DNA from: Oopsacas minuta
Taxonomy: Eukaryota; Animalia; Porifera
Assembly (NCBI GenBank): GCA_024704765.1
Contig: JAKMXF010000321.1
Span: 992,001 to 1,056,000 of the forward strand
Direction: 5' to 3'
DNA length: 64,000 nucleotides
Positions within the stretch are counted from its first letter, which is position 1. Each line of letters begins with the position of its first letter. The position numbers were made by a program, and so were the translations under genes. Under the pieces are notes generated by a model. The model was not told the DNA's origin, did not search any database, and saw nothing but the letters and a program-made list of their open reading frames with translations. Positions 37,601 to 49,415 of this stretch are shown in pieces.

Positions 37601-40600
37601 AAAAGGAAATCCGCAATATGCAATGCAAGAATCAAAAGAAGTTTTAGAATCTGTGGAATGGAACGATCTAGCTACTGACAATACAAGTATCAACAATCAT
37701 TATTTATTCTATCATTAACTTAGATTAATTAGTAATAGAATTGTAGTTGTAAAATTTCGATTCTGCAGACATTACAGTAAAGGCTAGCCTGAAGCCATGT
37801 GTACGCCAATAATATTCTCAATTATATTTCCGTAATAATTTTGTAGATAGAGATTAGATTTTTTGCCAATAAAGCATAAGCATAGACTCATAAGATAATG
37901 TTGCAATGAAATCAATTGATAGATGTAGATACCTTTATTCATATACTATTGAGAATGAAATTCCCATTTTAGAGGAATAGCATTATTTCTATTGTATTTG
38001 AGAAATACGTTTTCTGTTAGATTATCATAACTCTTTGCATTCAGTTATTGTATCAAAGCAAGTTTAATTGTTTTCTGTTTAAACATGGGATTTGAGGATA
38101 TAAAAATATGGGAATATGTTATCTTGAATTTGATCAGATTTCGTATAGAAATTTTAATTCAAGAAACAAAACATTTTAGATCTTTAACCGATTACGGCCG
38201 AAGTGTTACGTGCTTAACGAAAAGGAACACATTTTCCAATCCCAAAGAATTTAGCTCCTTTTTGATGTCATAAAATAACACATTTTCCTGACTGTATTCG
38301 GTTGAAGAATTTATAAATTCAGGATTTAAATTGTAATTCTAATGCAGCATGTATCGAGTTTGAACTACTATTAGGGATTGTAGATTATATGGCCAAACCT
38401 ACACCAAATAGTAATGGACATCATTGAATTAGCCCTCTAGATAATATTTCCTTCCATCATCACCGTCGGTTAGTAACGAAATATCAACTATCCTAAAATA
38501 TTATTGTTTTGAACAGAACATTGAATGCGGTGTACAGTTGCAATTCCCATTCAGAATTCAGAGAGTCTAATTTGTACAGTTTCTTAGCTTTGACATTATA
38601 AATGGTTAACATAATAATGCAACAGGGGAAATATTAATCTAGATAATTAGTCTACAGTCTGATCCTAATTTCATTAAGTATGCTGTAAGTGTGTGGTACT
38701 ATATTGGATTGATAAGAATTCTATTTTATTTTATTGTTATGGCTTGATGAGTTGTTAGGAAGTGTCATATATTTAAAGCCAAGTGCCACTATTATACGGG
38801 CCAAATTTTTGTCTGGCCTCTAGCAAAATTATGAAAGGAAAGGTGGCAATTTTCACAGAATTCGAAAGAGCAAAAAATTATACACCTTTATACTTTTCTA
38901 GAATTTTAAATTTGTTTTTTGCTGAAGGTAAATAAAATATTATAGGTTTATAGCACTTATGTCATCGGTAATAATTCTGTTGTTGTTCTTAGATGTTGAA
39001 TGTTTATTAGGAATTAATAGGCTCTTCTTGTGCCGTATAATAATGATTCATTGAATATCTAAGTTTAACAATAGCTATATGATTCTTTCCATATGGAGAT
39101 TCATAACCGTTGATATACCATAAAACATGTACTTACTTAATTAATAATTATGAGACACTATGTGTATTTGGCATTGTATCGAACGTAGAAACATAGTTGA
39201 TATATATATATATCCAATTCTACTACAAATCAATATCTAATACTATATTGCGGATGTTGGCCCCATTCTATCGTTTGTAGAACTTTCGAAAAAGGCTTTC
39301 ACTATTCCGGACGTATTATTTTGCAATCGGAACAGTGGTTTTCGGATTAGCGAGGTTATGCTGTATATGCAAAATTTCTACAAATTAAGAGGGAAAATTA
39401 TTCAAAGAATTCATATCAATAAGTGCCAAGTTAAGCTTTAGGGTGAAATAATGTACACCCACAACTAACCAGCAAAATGCTAGTCAAACCAGCATTTGAA
39501 AAATAAAAGCAGCATTTTCATGTAATATTACATCACATACATATTAGGAGTGTATCTCAAATTCTCAACATATTTATTTAAAATAGCTATAATTTCTACA
39601 AACTTTCACTCTCTCGCCGCTGCCGCTCGTTACGAAACTATGACATAATTCACTAGTACTTACATCTTACATCCTTTCCCTTTTTCTAATAACCATGACT
39701 ATGTCTAAAATATGATAGTCGGTAAGTAATAAGGTGAAATATTTTGAATATTTTGAGATTCAATTACACCTGTGATTAGTGCTGCTATAAAGAGTGCACA
39801 ATAACTTTCAAATTTTACTAATTACTCATACAGATTTACTACAGAGTATTTCAACAATATAGGTATCGCAATTAGACCTCAATCATTATGTCAAGCTCTC
39901 TAGCCATATATCAGGCTATGATAATGTTATTAATAATTATCATTTGAATTGTCAATTACTAAATGTTTGGATCCCTGTAATATATAGCTATACTCATCTG
40001 ATATGATATTAATCACTAATATACAAAGTAATCTACAGTAATTATTTGCGTCTTAGAGCTTCATAAAATATCATGTCATAAAGGTGAGATTCTTGAGATC
40101 TGCCTCTTATACATTATGGATATACGTATAATATACGTAGGATTAATAAAAATTATAAATATTTTAATAATTTCAATTTGCAACCTTGTTTAACCCTTAC
40201 GTAGTGGTAAATATATGACATGATTGTAAATTTGACATAAATATTGACAAAGGCTAATTTCCCATTCTAAGGATTAAGTTCTGAAGCACAATACTAATTA
40301 TACAATTGAAACCAAAATTGAATTTAGAACACTCTAATCAAATATTGCATTATTATAGATTTAGATAATTTAATGATACATAAACTAACCTCACAAACAG
40401 TGCAAGTTACAAGACATCTATTGATCAGATAACGAATGTCATTTCAACGGAATTGTTCGTATTATTTACCGACTTCCTAATACAAACTTGCAGTAGATGA
40501 AGAAGACCTTCTAAAGAAACCAACTCAATCCACAATTATTCCCATTAGCGAGTATACTAGCCAGCTACCAATAGATAGGAAGAAATTAAGATTATTCGCC

Positions 40601-42100
40601 AGAATACTAAATAAGAGTTGAAAGAGAATGAGTTATTTCATTTCATCTGTGTGGGTAAAGAATGTTGTAGATAATATAGTGGATAATTTATCCAGGATGA
40701 ATCTACAAAAGTACTAAAATGCAATATTTAATTGAGAAACGAGAATACACTTTATCAATAATAAATTCATTGAAGGAAAATGCACATAATATAAGAAGGG
40801 GAAATGGGTGAGGATTCAGGACAGTCAGCATGTTTTATACGCAAGTGGAGATATCATTTATGTCTTATTTAGTTTGCAATTTTAATATATTGTTACTTGC
40901 TATACTAAACATACACACAGTTGAATCCAGCTCTTGGTTCAAGGGTTTGACTGGAGGCTTGGGATATTTTCTTTATACTTCAATATTCGTTAATTTCTTT
41001 ATAATATCTGAATGGCCCTGACATCAGCTCAAGAATGCTAATATAATTATATCTACTAGAAAGTGTAGTTATATCTACTAGTAATACAAAACTAATAATA
41101 TGCTGTTTCCATATACTGTTTTAACTCAAGGCATTTGATGCGCAATTGCGAAGTTGCAGTCAGTTATTAATTAATAGGGATTAGTGGCATATCTCACTTT
41201 ATTAATTAATAAATATCCTACAATAGTAGTAGTATGAGATGAGATGCAAGAATTAGATCCAAAAAATGTTGGTATTTGACCCAAAATAAAATTAGGAGTA
41301 GGAATTTGCAAACGGTTTTCTAATAATTAATCCAACAAAAGTTCATCCAAACAAAATTAGTATTCAGCGCACATGCCTGCCCCTAGGTAGCTTAATTACC
41401 AGTACAAATGAAAACTCCCAGGCCAATAAGGAAGTGAACTAAATTCCTAATCCCCTCCCAATGGTAAAGGGTTTCTAATTAATACAATAAAAACTGTCCT
41501 ATCACGTCCTCGTTTCTATAAATCCATTTAGAAAACAAAACGGTTTATTAAACTTAATTAATTAATAATTATAAAACAGTTCTCCTAAACTAATATTTTG
41601 GGTCAAATTCCGACTTCAGTTTTGGGTCATTTTCTGCGTCCCTTATGAAATAATTCCATCTTCAGGTAGAATACCGCACTTTATTCATGAGTGTGAAGTT
41701 AGCAGTAAGCTAGCAGCGGAAAATCGAGCACAGTTCAACACGTATAATTTTGTTCTCATGGCTCCTAGAGAGATTGCATTTGGATGATGTCAATACTAGT
41801 CTATGTAGTTCACGTAATTTAGTATTAGCTAATTAGCATGGCTAGATTCATAACTGTAGTATAACAACAGCAAACACATTGAATTACTTTTAATTCTTTC
41901 GCTATTTGGATAAAATTACTTCAATGCAAATTCTGTGTTTTAAATATTTGTTCACGTTTTTCATCCATCTAGCATTTAGTCTTTATACATATATAGCTAA
42001 TGTTTATTGCATTACTTTCTATGTTAATTTGTTTTCGTTTTGAACATTCTTACCATTTGCATGCAGAGAAGTGGTATATTGGGACTTTGGAATGGTGGAC

Positions 42101-43396
42101 CGGTGGTAATGAAATAGAGGTATATTATTATATACTGCATTTCCTACTAATTCACTTCTTCTTATTAATATTAATCCAGATTCAATATATTTTGGAAGCT
42201 GAAACGTTTGCAAAATCAGATTTTTGAAACTTGCGCCATACATATTTCTGATGATGAATTGACCATGATGATAACCATTTATTAAACGGACATTTCGTCG
42301 CTAGATTATACCTGAGATTAACACATGTATTTCAAATTTCTATACGTATGTCGACTATAACTGGTCCTAGCGTGTCCGTACTTTCTGGTTGTTGGTTGGT
42401 GTATTTGGGAGCAATATCTAATTGTTGAGGAGTCTTTCGATCGAATTAGTTAATGAAATTTTCCTAATCTATGGTTATTTGTATTTCGTTTCCAATGTAT
42501 TAGAACTGTAATGAAGAAATTTACCTTGGATTAGTGGAAGGCTTGCTCCTAGATGTTGTCAGAATGCCTGACTAACTCAGGTTTAGGGCTTTCAATCCCG
42601 GAAGATTGACCATACTTCTTTCTAAATGTTCATTTACTCATTATTTTCAATATTTGATTAATTCAATGATGATAAATTCAACAAATGAATTGTAGGAGTA
42701 TTATCATATTTAATGCTAACTATTTATATATTGTCTTATCTAGGAGGTCAAAGTATTGAATACGACAGAATTTCACTTGATATCCAACACATATAATTGT
42801 TAATTAAGTAACAATTCAGAATGTATGAATTGAAAATACTTATCATATTTAAACATAATGATTCTAAGGATTCGTATCCATGACGAGCGGTTAGCATTTA
42901 TCAATATGAAATCGATCATAATTTCTGAATTGTACTCGCTCCCGCTTTGAAAGCCCCACTCAGGTAGTTGGATTGGGTCATGTGAATTAATATCTACTTA
43001 CTGAATTAGATTTTGATCGGATTTGTTATATATATTGCTTATATTTGATGTCTTCCATAATTGGTATTCCACGGATCAATTATAGCCAACCAAGGTCACT
43101 TATTATCGGCCATATCTGGTCCCGTGACCACGTAAAGTGTTACAGAACCTCAATTTAAATACATTCTGCAACGAAATCTCCGTTTACCTTAAAAGTTATC
43201 ATCATGATCAATTCATCATCATGACACATGTATGACGAAAGTTTCAAAATTAAAATTTTCAAACTAGGGAACAAATACAACAAAAATGTATAGTTTCAGC
43301 TTCCAAAATATATTGAATCTGGATTAATATTAATAAAAGAAGTAAATTAGTAGGAAATGCAATATAGAATTTTATACTTCTATCCCATTACCACCG
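42101..43396. repeat. About 105-bp inverted repeat pair flanking 1.1 kb
   Basis: 42101-42205 (CGGTGGTAATG...GGAAGCTGAAAC) is the reverse complement of 43293-43396 at roughly 85-90% identity by eye; no TSD found. Confidence 0.7.
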
Positions 43397-43708
43397 CGGA
43401 GATTGATGATATAAAAGCGGGAGTTTCAAAATATTGTTATTATATTTATTTATCCTTTAATAGAACGATAAAATACCATTATTTATTACATATGTTTGGA
43501 TATATACGATTATGATACTCCAATTTGTATTGTTAAACCCCCTCGCATGGTCACAATACAACAAAAACTAAATTGCTAGATTAATAATTAATTAGTTTTC
43601 TATTCTAATGTTTTACAAGGAATGTTTTTTGTTGTAAATAGATGTCGCTGATTTGGAGATCTTCAAAAGTTATTTACTTTTGGATCATATTCAAAGCATG
43701 GCTCTATA

Positions 43709-44128
43709 TCATAAACTGGCTGGACAATCTGGTACAGACTCCACAGCTGTTGCAAGCAACTTCATAGGTACCTTTCCAGTTTCTGCAAGAACTGCCGCTG
43801 CAAAATAATAGTATGAGAAGCAGCCCCCTGCCTTCCCAGATCGCTGCTGATAGACACCGTTAAATGTCTCAACGGTGTAGACGTATGGAGAAGAAGAGTC
43901 TAGCTTATGGATGGTTCTAGTCTCATCTCTTGACATGTCCATGCTTTCATTCACTACTTACTGCTAAAAGTACATCAGACTGGACTATTGTAAAATTGTT
44001 CCGAGTCATTGGACCTGGAATATTCAAATCGGAGTGATAGAGAAATAGCTTGTACCAGCCTACACCCATCAATCTCCCTGCCAGAACAGATTTATAGAGA
44101 GTATCGTGCAAAAAGTTGTCCAAAAATT
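43709..44128 (-). pseudogene. Unassigned coding-like fragment
   Basis: Exon-like block 44128-43962 (TTTCTAG acceptor, GTAAGT donor; FLDNFLHDTLYKSVLAGRLMGVGWYKLFLYHSDLNIPGP) followed in another frame by an 81-aa ORF. I do not recognise the family. Confidence 0.35.
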
Positions 44129-44493
44129 CTAGAAATTGATATTTTAAGAATATTACACCCAAACAAGGAATAAATAGTTTTAGAATATTGCAATACTTTG
44201 AACTGGGGATACCGACATTTCGATATATACAATATGATACAAATTTGATTGGTTGTTCATTATACACTCCAGATTAAGGATAACCTATCAAATTTGTATC
44301 GAAGTATCGTGTATCGAACTGTCAGTGTAGCGAAATGTCGGTATCCCCTTTGAAAAAGAATGTTAATGATTCTAAATTTAGCCATTATTTCAATGCTAAC
44401 AGACCTAAAAGTGATTCAACAGCATTCAGAACAGTTACAATGATGTAAGATACTATAGCAATATATATTATAATAATTATATGATTGTGAAAA

Positions 44494-44650
44494 CAGTAAA
44501 ACCTCCAAAAGTGAACATCTCCAAAAGATGAACACCTTTCCTCGGTCCAAAATTTTTTCCATTGCTAAGCACAATGTGATGAAAAGTGAACACCTCTCGT
44601 ATGTGAACATTTTGGTTGGTCCCCAGAGTGGTTACTGAAAGTTTTTACTG
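44494..44650. mobile_element. Pogo/Tigger-like MITE
   Basis: CAGTAAAACCTCC versus reverse-complemented end CAGTAAAAACTTTC; internal GTGAACAC-like subrepeats. Confidence 0.55.
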
Positions 44651-45230
44651 TAATATCAAATTCACTAAACTACACTTTCAAGCAAAAATACTCAAAAAAA
44701 TGAAATTATTCGGATAATATTATAAAACTCAAAATTTACAATTTTCGAATTTCAGTAGGTCATGACTAATAACTATGCCTATTGGTCAAAATAGTGGTAA
44801 ACCAGTATGTGAGGTTTATCAACCTCCTGGAGCTATTTGCAATATGCAAGCCATTCTTTCAATTTTGTGGTGTAACAGGTAAATGGCCTTCACGTTGATG
44901 ATGATCGATTTACTCTATTTACTGGCGAAATCGATAAGATTCCTAGTAATACCTTTTGAGTAACTTTTCATCATTCTAATCGCGAATATTATATGGACCA
45001 CCTTTCGGCTGGATAACTACCTCCCCCTAGCCAAGAGAAGGATCGAAAATTAGAGGGAATGTTTCTAGGCGAAATTCGTTTAACATTATACAAATTGATA
45101 CAAATTTGAAATATTGATTACCATAGACGTGAAGATATCATGACAGATGCTTGACAACCGTAATGATACAATATTCTGTGATTTACAAAGTCAAATGTGC
45201 AAGAAACAACAAAAAATTGTCCCTTCCGTT

Positions 45231-46022
45231 CGGGCGTGCCTAATTTCCGGGAAGTGACGTGACGTTGTGGTAACCTCCCATGTTCATCATCCAAAGTGTA
45301 TAACAGACACTTCATGTATTCTGTGTTATCCCTACTATCCCGGGATCTTAGAGCTGGCATGTGAATTATTCTGAGGCCGGTATAGGCAGGTGAGGGTGGC
45401 CTGATAACCAATACAGTAAAACACTTGGGCAAACCAGCAATCTATGGCGTATCATAGGTAGTGTGAAATTTGTAAGGAGTCCCTATTTCACTGGATTGGT
45501 TTTTGATATGCTAGCGATATACGGACCTCAGGAGTCGCCAAATGCTTGTGTTTTAGGCCCGGTGTAAGCGTTTTTGGGGATCCAGTGATTTAGGGCCACA
45601 ACCTCAAAATAAGCGCTAGCAATTTCGCCTTTCATCCCTATATGATATATCGCTTGTTTTTTGGTATCCTAGTTCCGAATGTTGCTTACACCTGGCCTAA
45701 AACACAAGCATTTGGCGACCCCTGAGGTCCGTATATCGCTAGCATATCAAAAACCAATCCAGTGAAATAGGGACTCCTTACAAATTTCACACTACCTATG
45801 ATACGCCATAGATTGCTGGTTTGCCCAAGTGTTTTACTGTATTGGTTATCAGGCCACCCTCACCTGCCTATACCGGCCTCAGAATAATTCACATGCCAGC
45901 TCTAAGATCCCGGGATAGTAGGGATAACACAGAATACATGAAGTGTCTGTTATACACTTTGGATGATGAACATGGGAGGTTACCACAACGTCACGTCACT
46001 TCCCGGAAATTAGGCACGCCAG
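45231..46022. mobile_element. 792-bp foldback element with about 339-bp near-perfect TIRs
   Basis: Arms 45231-45569 and 45684-46022 differ at 3 positions by my reading; spacer 114 bp; flanking direct repeat TTCCGTT (45224-45230, 46023-46029). It explains the duplicated ORFs at 45118-45432 and 45821-46087. Confidence 0.9.
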
Positions 46023-46502
46023 TTCCGTTCCGTTCCGTTAATTATCGAAGCCCAGTTTGGAGGGGAGATATCTCTAAATACCTTTAGAAACTCATATTCT
46101 ACTGTCGAATATGAGTTATGCGAAGCGTCGCCTAATTTAAAAAACTTTTCGATAACAGCGGTTAACCGCTGTAATAAATATTCGTTAATTTCCACACACT
46201 TGCTATATTTTGAGTTTGTAGCTCTTACCTTCTCTTCCAAACAAGGGTCGTTTAAACATTAAGTAACGCACAATTCCCTAAATTTGAACTTGTCCGATCC
46301 AGGCCGAGAATACTCCCGGCATGTCAAAAATCAGCCCCAGGGGTCTTCCAGTTTCTTCAATTAATTCAGAACATACATATATATCTTATACGGTGGCTTA
46401 ATAGTATAGCCATGTATATATCGTATACCTTGAATTAGTGCCCAGCCGATAATGATATTCGTGGGTATTTTTTCGTATAATTTTCTTATCAAAATTACAA
46501 AT

Positions 46503-46622
46503 CAGGGTTTCATTTAGGGGGGGGGGGGGGGGGTATTTGCCCCCCTTGGATCTTAAGTGCCTCCCCTTACATTCTCAAAACTCTACTTGCCCCCCTTGCT
46601 CAAATGTCTGGATGAAACACTG
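46503..46622. mobile_element. 120-bp hAT-like MITE with internal poly-G
   Basis: CAGGGTTTCATTTAG versus reverse-complemented end CAGTGTTTCATCCAG; only a 5-bp flanking repeat (CAAAT). Confidence 0.55.
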
Positions 46623-47688
46623 CAAATGATTTGGATATTCACAAGCCTTGAAGCCATTTTCTAGCCCCTCGCGGGGCGCATATTCAGAGAAATACTGTTG
46701 AAATTTGTTAAAAATTGTAAATGTTACAAGATCGAAAAACCAATAGGCATATTTCTGTTTATTGAATAATTATTTGAATAAAGCTCCGTAATCTAGGGGA
46801 GGAGGTATTTAAATTTAATGAGCGGACGGGGAGGATTCGAGCAAAGTAAATTGAATAAATAGGTCAAAATGTGAAGTCTTTGGTGCCATGGCCTCACTGA
46901 ACTTTATAATAGATTTCCCCACTTATAGAAGGAAATTTCAAATGGTATCTGACATAATTATCTCTAAAGTATCCCATTCCCTACTTAAGAGGTTGCACTG
47001 TATATAAATGTTTGTTTTAAATACTTTTCTATTTCAGGTGAGACTTAGCCACTATATAGGATAGTAGTATTGGTATTAAGGCAAGTAAAAAATGGGGCTT
47101 TTCCAAACCCGACCGAAATTGTATCGGGTTTCGGGATGGTTGGATAGTCAGGGTTTAATAATTATTATAATATAGGATATTTAATGAAAGCCACATATTT
47201 TCGAGGCTGTATTTGAGTGGTAAAATTGACAAAAAAGAGGTTAAGAAAGATAATTAGCGAAATTTTATGGTCAAATTGCAATAAGATCATCTAGATTCTA
47301 GAAAAACAAATTATTGGTAAATCAAGGGGGAAACTGTTTTCGTGGGTTGTATCTACATAAACAGGAATGGAAAATTTTACAGTCTAACCTTAGAAATTTC
47401 TAAAATAGATATTTAGGAGGAAAAGTTTGCTGCGAAATAAAACCGGATAAACTTGCGAAATTTAAGAACCACTGATCTAGGATATCCATCTCCTCCTTAG
47501 CATTCTCAATATTATTAAGTACCCAATATGTCACTACATGATCTACTACTAGGAACACTTTATTCGAATTTACATTGACTTCATCTGGTTTTTTATCACA
47601 TTTGTCCTAACTGACCTTTCATCGTTAGCTGGGATTCACCAGTCTAAATCTCGACCGGTTCAATCTCTAATATGGACTATGGATTAAT

Positions 47689-48834
47689 ATGTCAAGCAGT
47701 TTGTTTATAGAAATGGATGAGGGTGATGACGTCGTTCCAATTGTGATAGATAGTGGTGCCAGAGGAACAAAAGCAGGTTTTGGTGGAGAAAACTCTCCTC
47801 GGGTAGTTTTCCCCAGCATTGTAGGTAGGGTTTGTCACCAGGGAGTAATGGTAGGCATGCCACACCGTTATGTATATGTGGGAGAGGAAGCTCAGAGTAA
47901 AAGAGCTATTCTAACGCTTAAAAATCCTATTGAACACGGTATAGTGACTAATTGGGATGATATGGAAAAGATATGGCATCACACATTCTACAATGAACTA
48001 AGGGTCGCTCCAGAAGAACACCCTGTCTTACTCACTGAGGCTATTTTCAATCCAAAAGCTAACCGAAAGATGACTGCACAAATAATGTTTGAGACATTCA
48101 ACAATCCTGCATTGTACATTTCCAACAATCAGGTGCTATCTTTGTACTCAAAAGGCAATACCACAGGAGTTGTAGTGGATTCAGGACTCGATTCAACACG
48201 AATAGTACCCATATACAAGGGACATGTGCTGGGTCATAGTGTTGAAAGACTGGGTATTGGAGGGGGACAGATTACTGACTATCTTATGAAACTATTGGCT
48301 GAATACGGGCATTCTTGGTGTTGTGGAGGTGAAACTGAATTGATGAATGACATCAAAGAAAAACTCGGTTACGCCAGAAAGAGCCTACCCAATGAAACAG
48401 GTGATGCTAACGTTGAGGTACTATATGAACTACCAGATGGACAGGAAATACCAATTAGAGAGGAACGATACAGATGTGTGGAGCCAGTATTTAACCCCTC
48501 CCTGATCGGATCAGAAGAAAATAGTATCCACGTATCAACTAACAATGCAATATTGAAAAGTGATTCAGATCTTCATAAACACTTATACAATAATATAGTA
48601 TTGTCAGGGGGTAACACTATGTTCCCTGGAATAGCTGAGAGACTATACAGTGAAGTATCAAACTTGGCTCCGAGTACCGCATCCATCAGAGTAATAGCAC
48701 ATCCTGAAAGGAAATACAGTGCGTGGATTGGTGGATCTATACTTTCTTCAATTGATAGTTTTGAGAAAATCCTTATTCCAAAAGTTAGTTATGATGAATA
48801 TGGACCAGAGATTGTTGATAGGAAATTTTTCTAG
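47689..48834 (+). CDS. Divergent intronless actin / actin-like protein, 381 aa (alternative start 47713)
   Basis: Full-length actin fold: D-loop [84 protein letters not shown]. Intact ORF, colinear with conventional actin apart from a 10-aa N-terminal extension and a 4-aa deletion. Confidence 0.95.
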   Translation: MSSSLFIEMDEGDDVVPIVIDSGARGTKAGFGGENSPRVVFPSIVGRVCHQGVMVGMPHRYVYVGEEAQSKRAILTLKNPIEHGIVTNWDDMEKIWHHTFYNELRVAPEEHPVLLTEAIFNPKANRKMTAQIMFETFNNPALYISNNQVLSLYSKGNTTGVVVDSGLDSTRIVPIYKGHVLGHSVERLGIGGGQITDYLMKLLAEYGHSWCCGGETELMNDIKEKLGYARKSLPNETGDANVEVLYELPDGQEIPIREERYRCVEPVFNPSLIGSEENSIHVSTNNAILKSDSDLHKHLYNNIVLSGGNTMFPGIAERLYSEVSNLAPSTASIRVIAHPERKYSAWIGGSILSSIDSFEKILIPKVSYDEYGPEIVDRKFF

Positions 48835-49126
48835 CTATCATTTGTATGTATATAGGGAGTATAAATTTGAGTATGTCACGAAAAAAATGGCCAGGCCCGA
48901 CCAAATTTGGCAGGCCAAAAATGGTGCCACTTGGATTTGTTTAGGAGTGGAGTTAAAACAGTTAACCGTCTAACAGTTCTACTAACGGTAACTAACTATA
49001 TCTTGCTAACACCTGCTGGCTAACTTTTCATGGGCTTCTTCTGACTGCCCCATGTATCATGGAGTGTTACACTGCCAGCTGCTGATGCTTCTCAAACTTA
49101 TTATTCTCATTATTCTATTACCTATG

Positions 49127-49170
49127 TTCCGCGCCAAGACTTACCTCTATTGAAAATTTTTGGCGCGGAA
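49127..49170. promoter_or_regulatory. Inverted pair of E2F-type sites
   Basis: TTCCGCGCCAA (49127-49137) and TTGGCGCGGAA (49160-49170) form a perfect 11-bp inverted repeat with a 22-nt spacer. The second copy sits in TTTTTGGCGCGGAA, matching the E2F consensus TTTSSCGC. They lie 20 bp upstream of an ATG. Confidence 0.5.
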
Positions 49171-49190
49171 TATCTATACAAATCTATACT

Positions 49191-49415
49191 ATGTGTATTA
49201 GCAAGATGGCAACCTCACAACTTAGGTATATTTGTGGTGGTGTCTGTGGCTTTGAAGCATGTCTACAGGAATTCCTAACCGAGAAGGAACTGACGATGCA
49301 CTGTATCAATGAAGATGAAACTCAGGTGCACGCCATTAGACCTTTCTGCGCGCAATGTTTTATGATATTCGATGATTACGACAACCCAGTTGTCCATCAA
49401 TGTGAACTCGGAAAG
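49191..49415 (+). CDS. Zinc-finger exon, probable first coding exon of the MARF1-like gene
   Basis: Encodes Cx4C-x12-H and Cx2C-x12-HxC with C2H2-type Cx3F spacing. Ends in phase 0 at a consensus donor AAG|GTAAGT. A phase-0 acceptor CATAG| at 51701/51702 is in frame with the ATG at 51720. Confidence 0.5.

Noticed and set aside
40185-40215. TTAACCCTT piggyBac-like end; similar solitary hAT-like or Kolobok-like ends near 7890, 22970, 38775, 47470 and 50175
   Set aside because: No matching partner end or TSD was found, so boundaries cannot be defined.
35000-41000. TAAT/ATTA homeodomain-like and CTTTGAT TCF-like sites upstream of the homeobox gene
   Set aside because: Expected by chance in DNA this AT-rich; not supportable without conservation or chromatin data.
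45118-46087. Two ORFs sharing an identical 70-aa N-terminus on opposite strands
   Set aside because: A by-product of the foldback element's inverted arms; TTG start and no recognisable domain.
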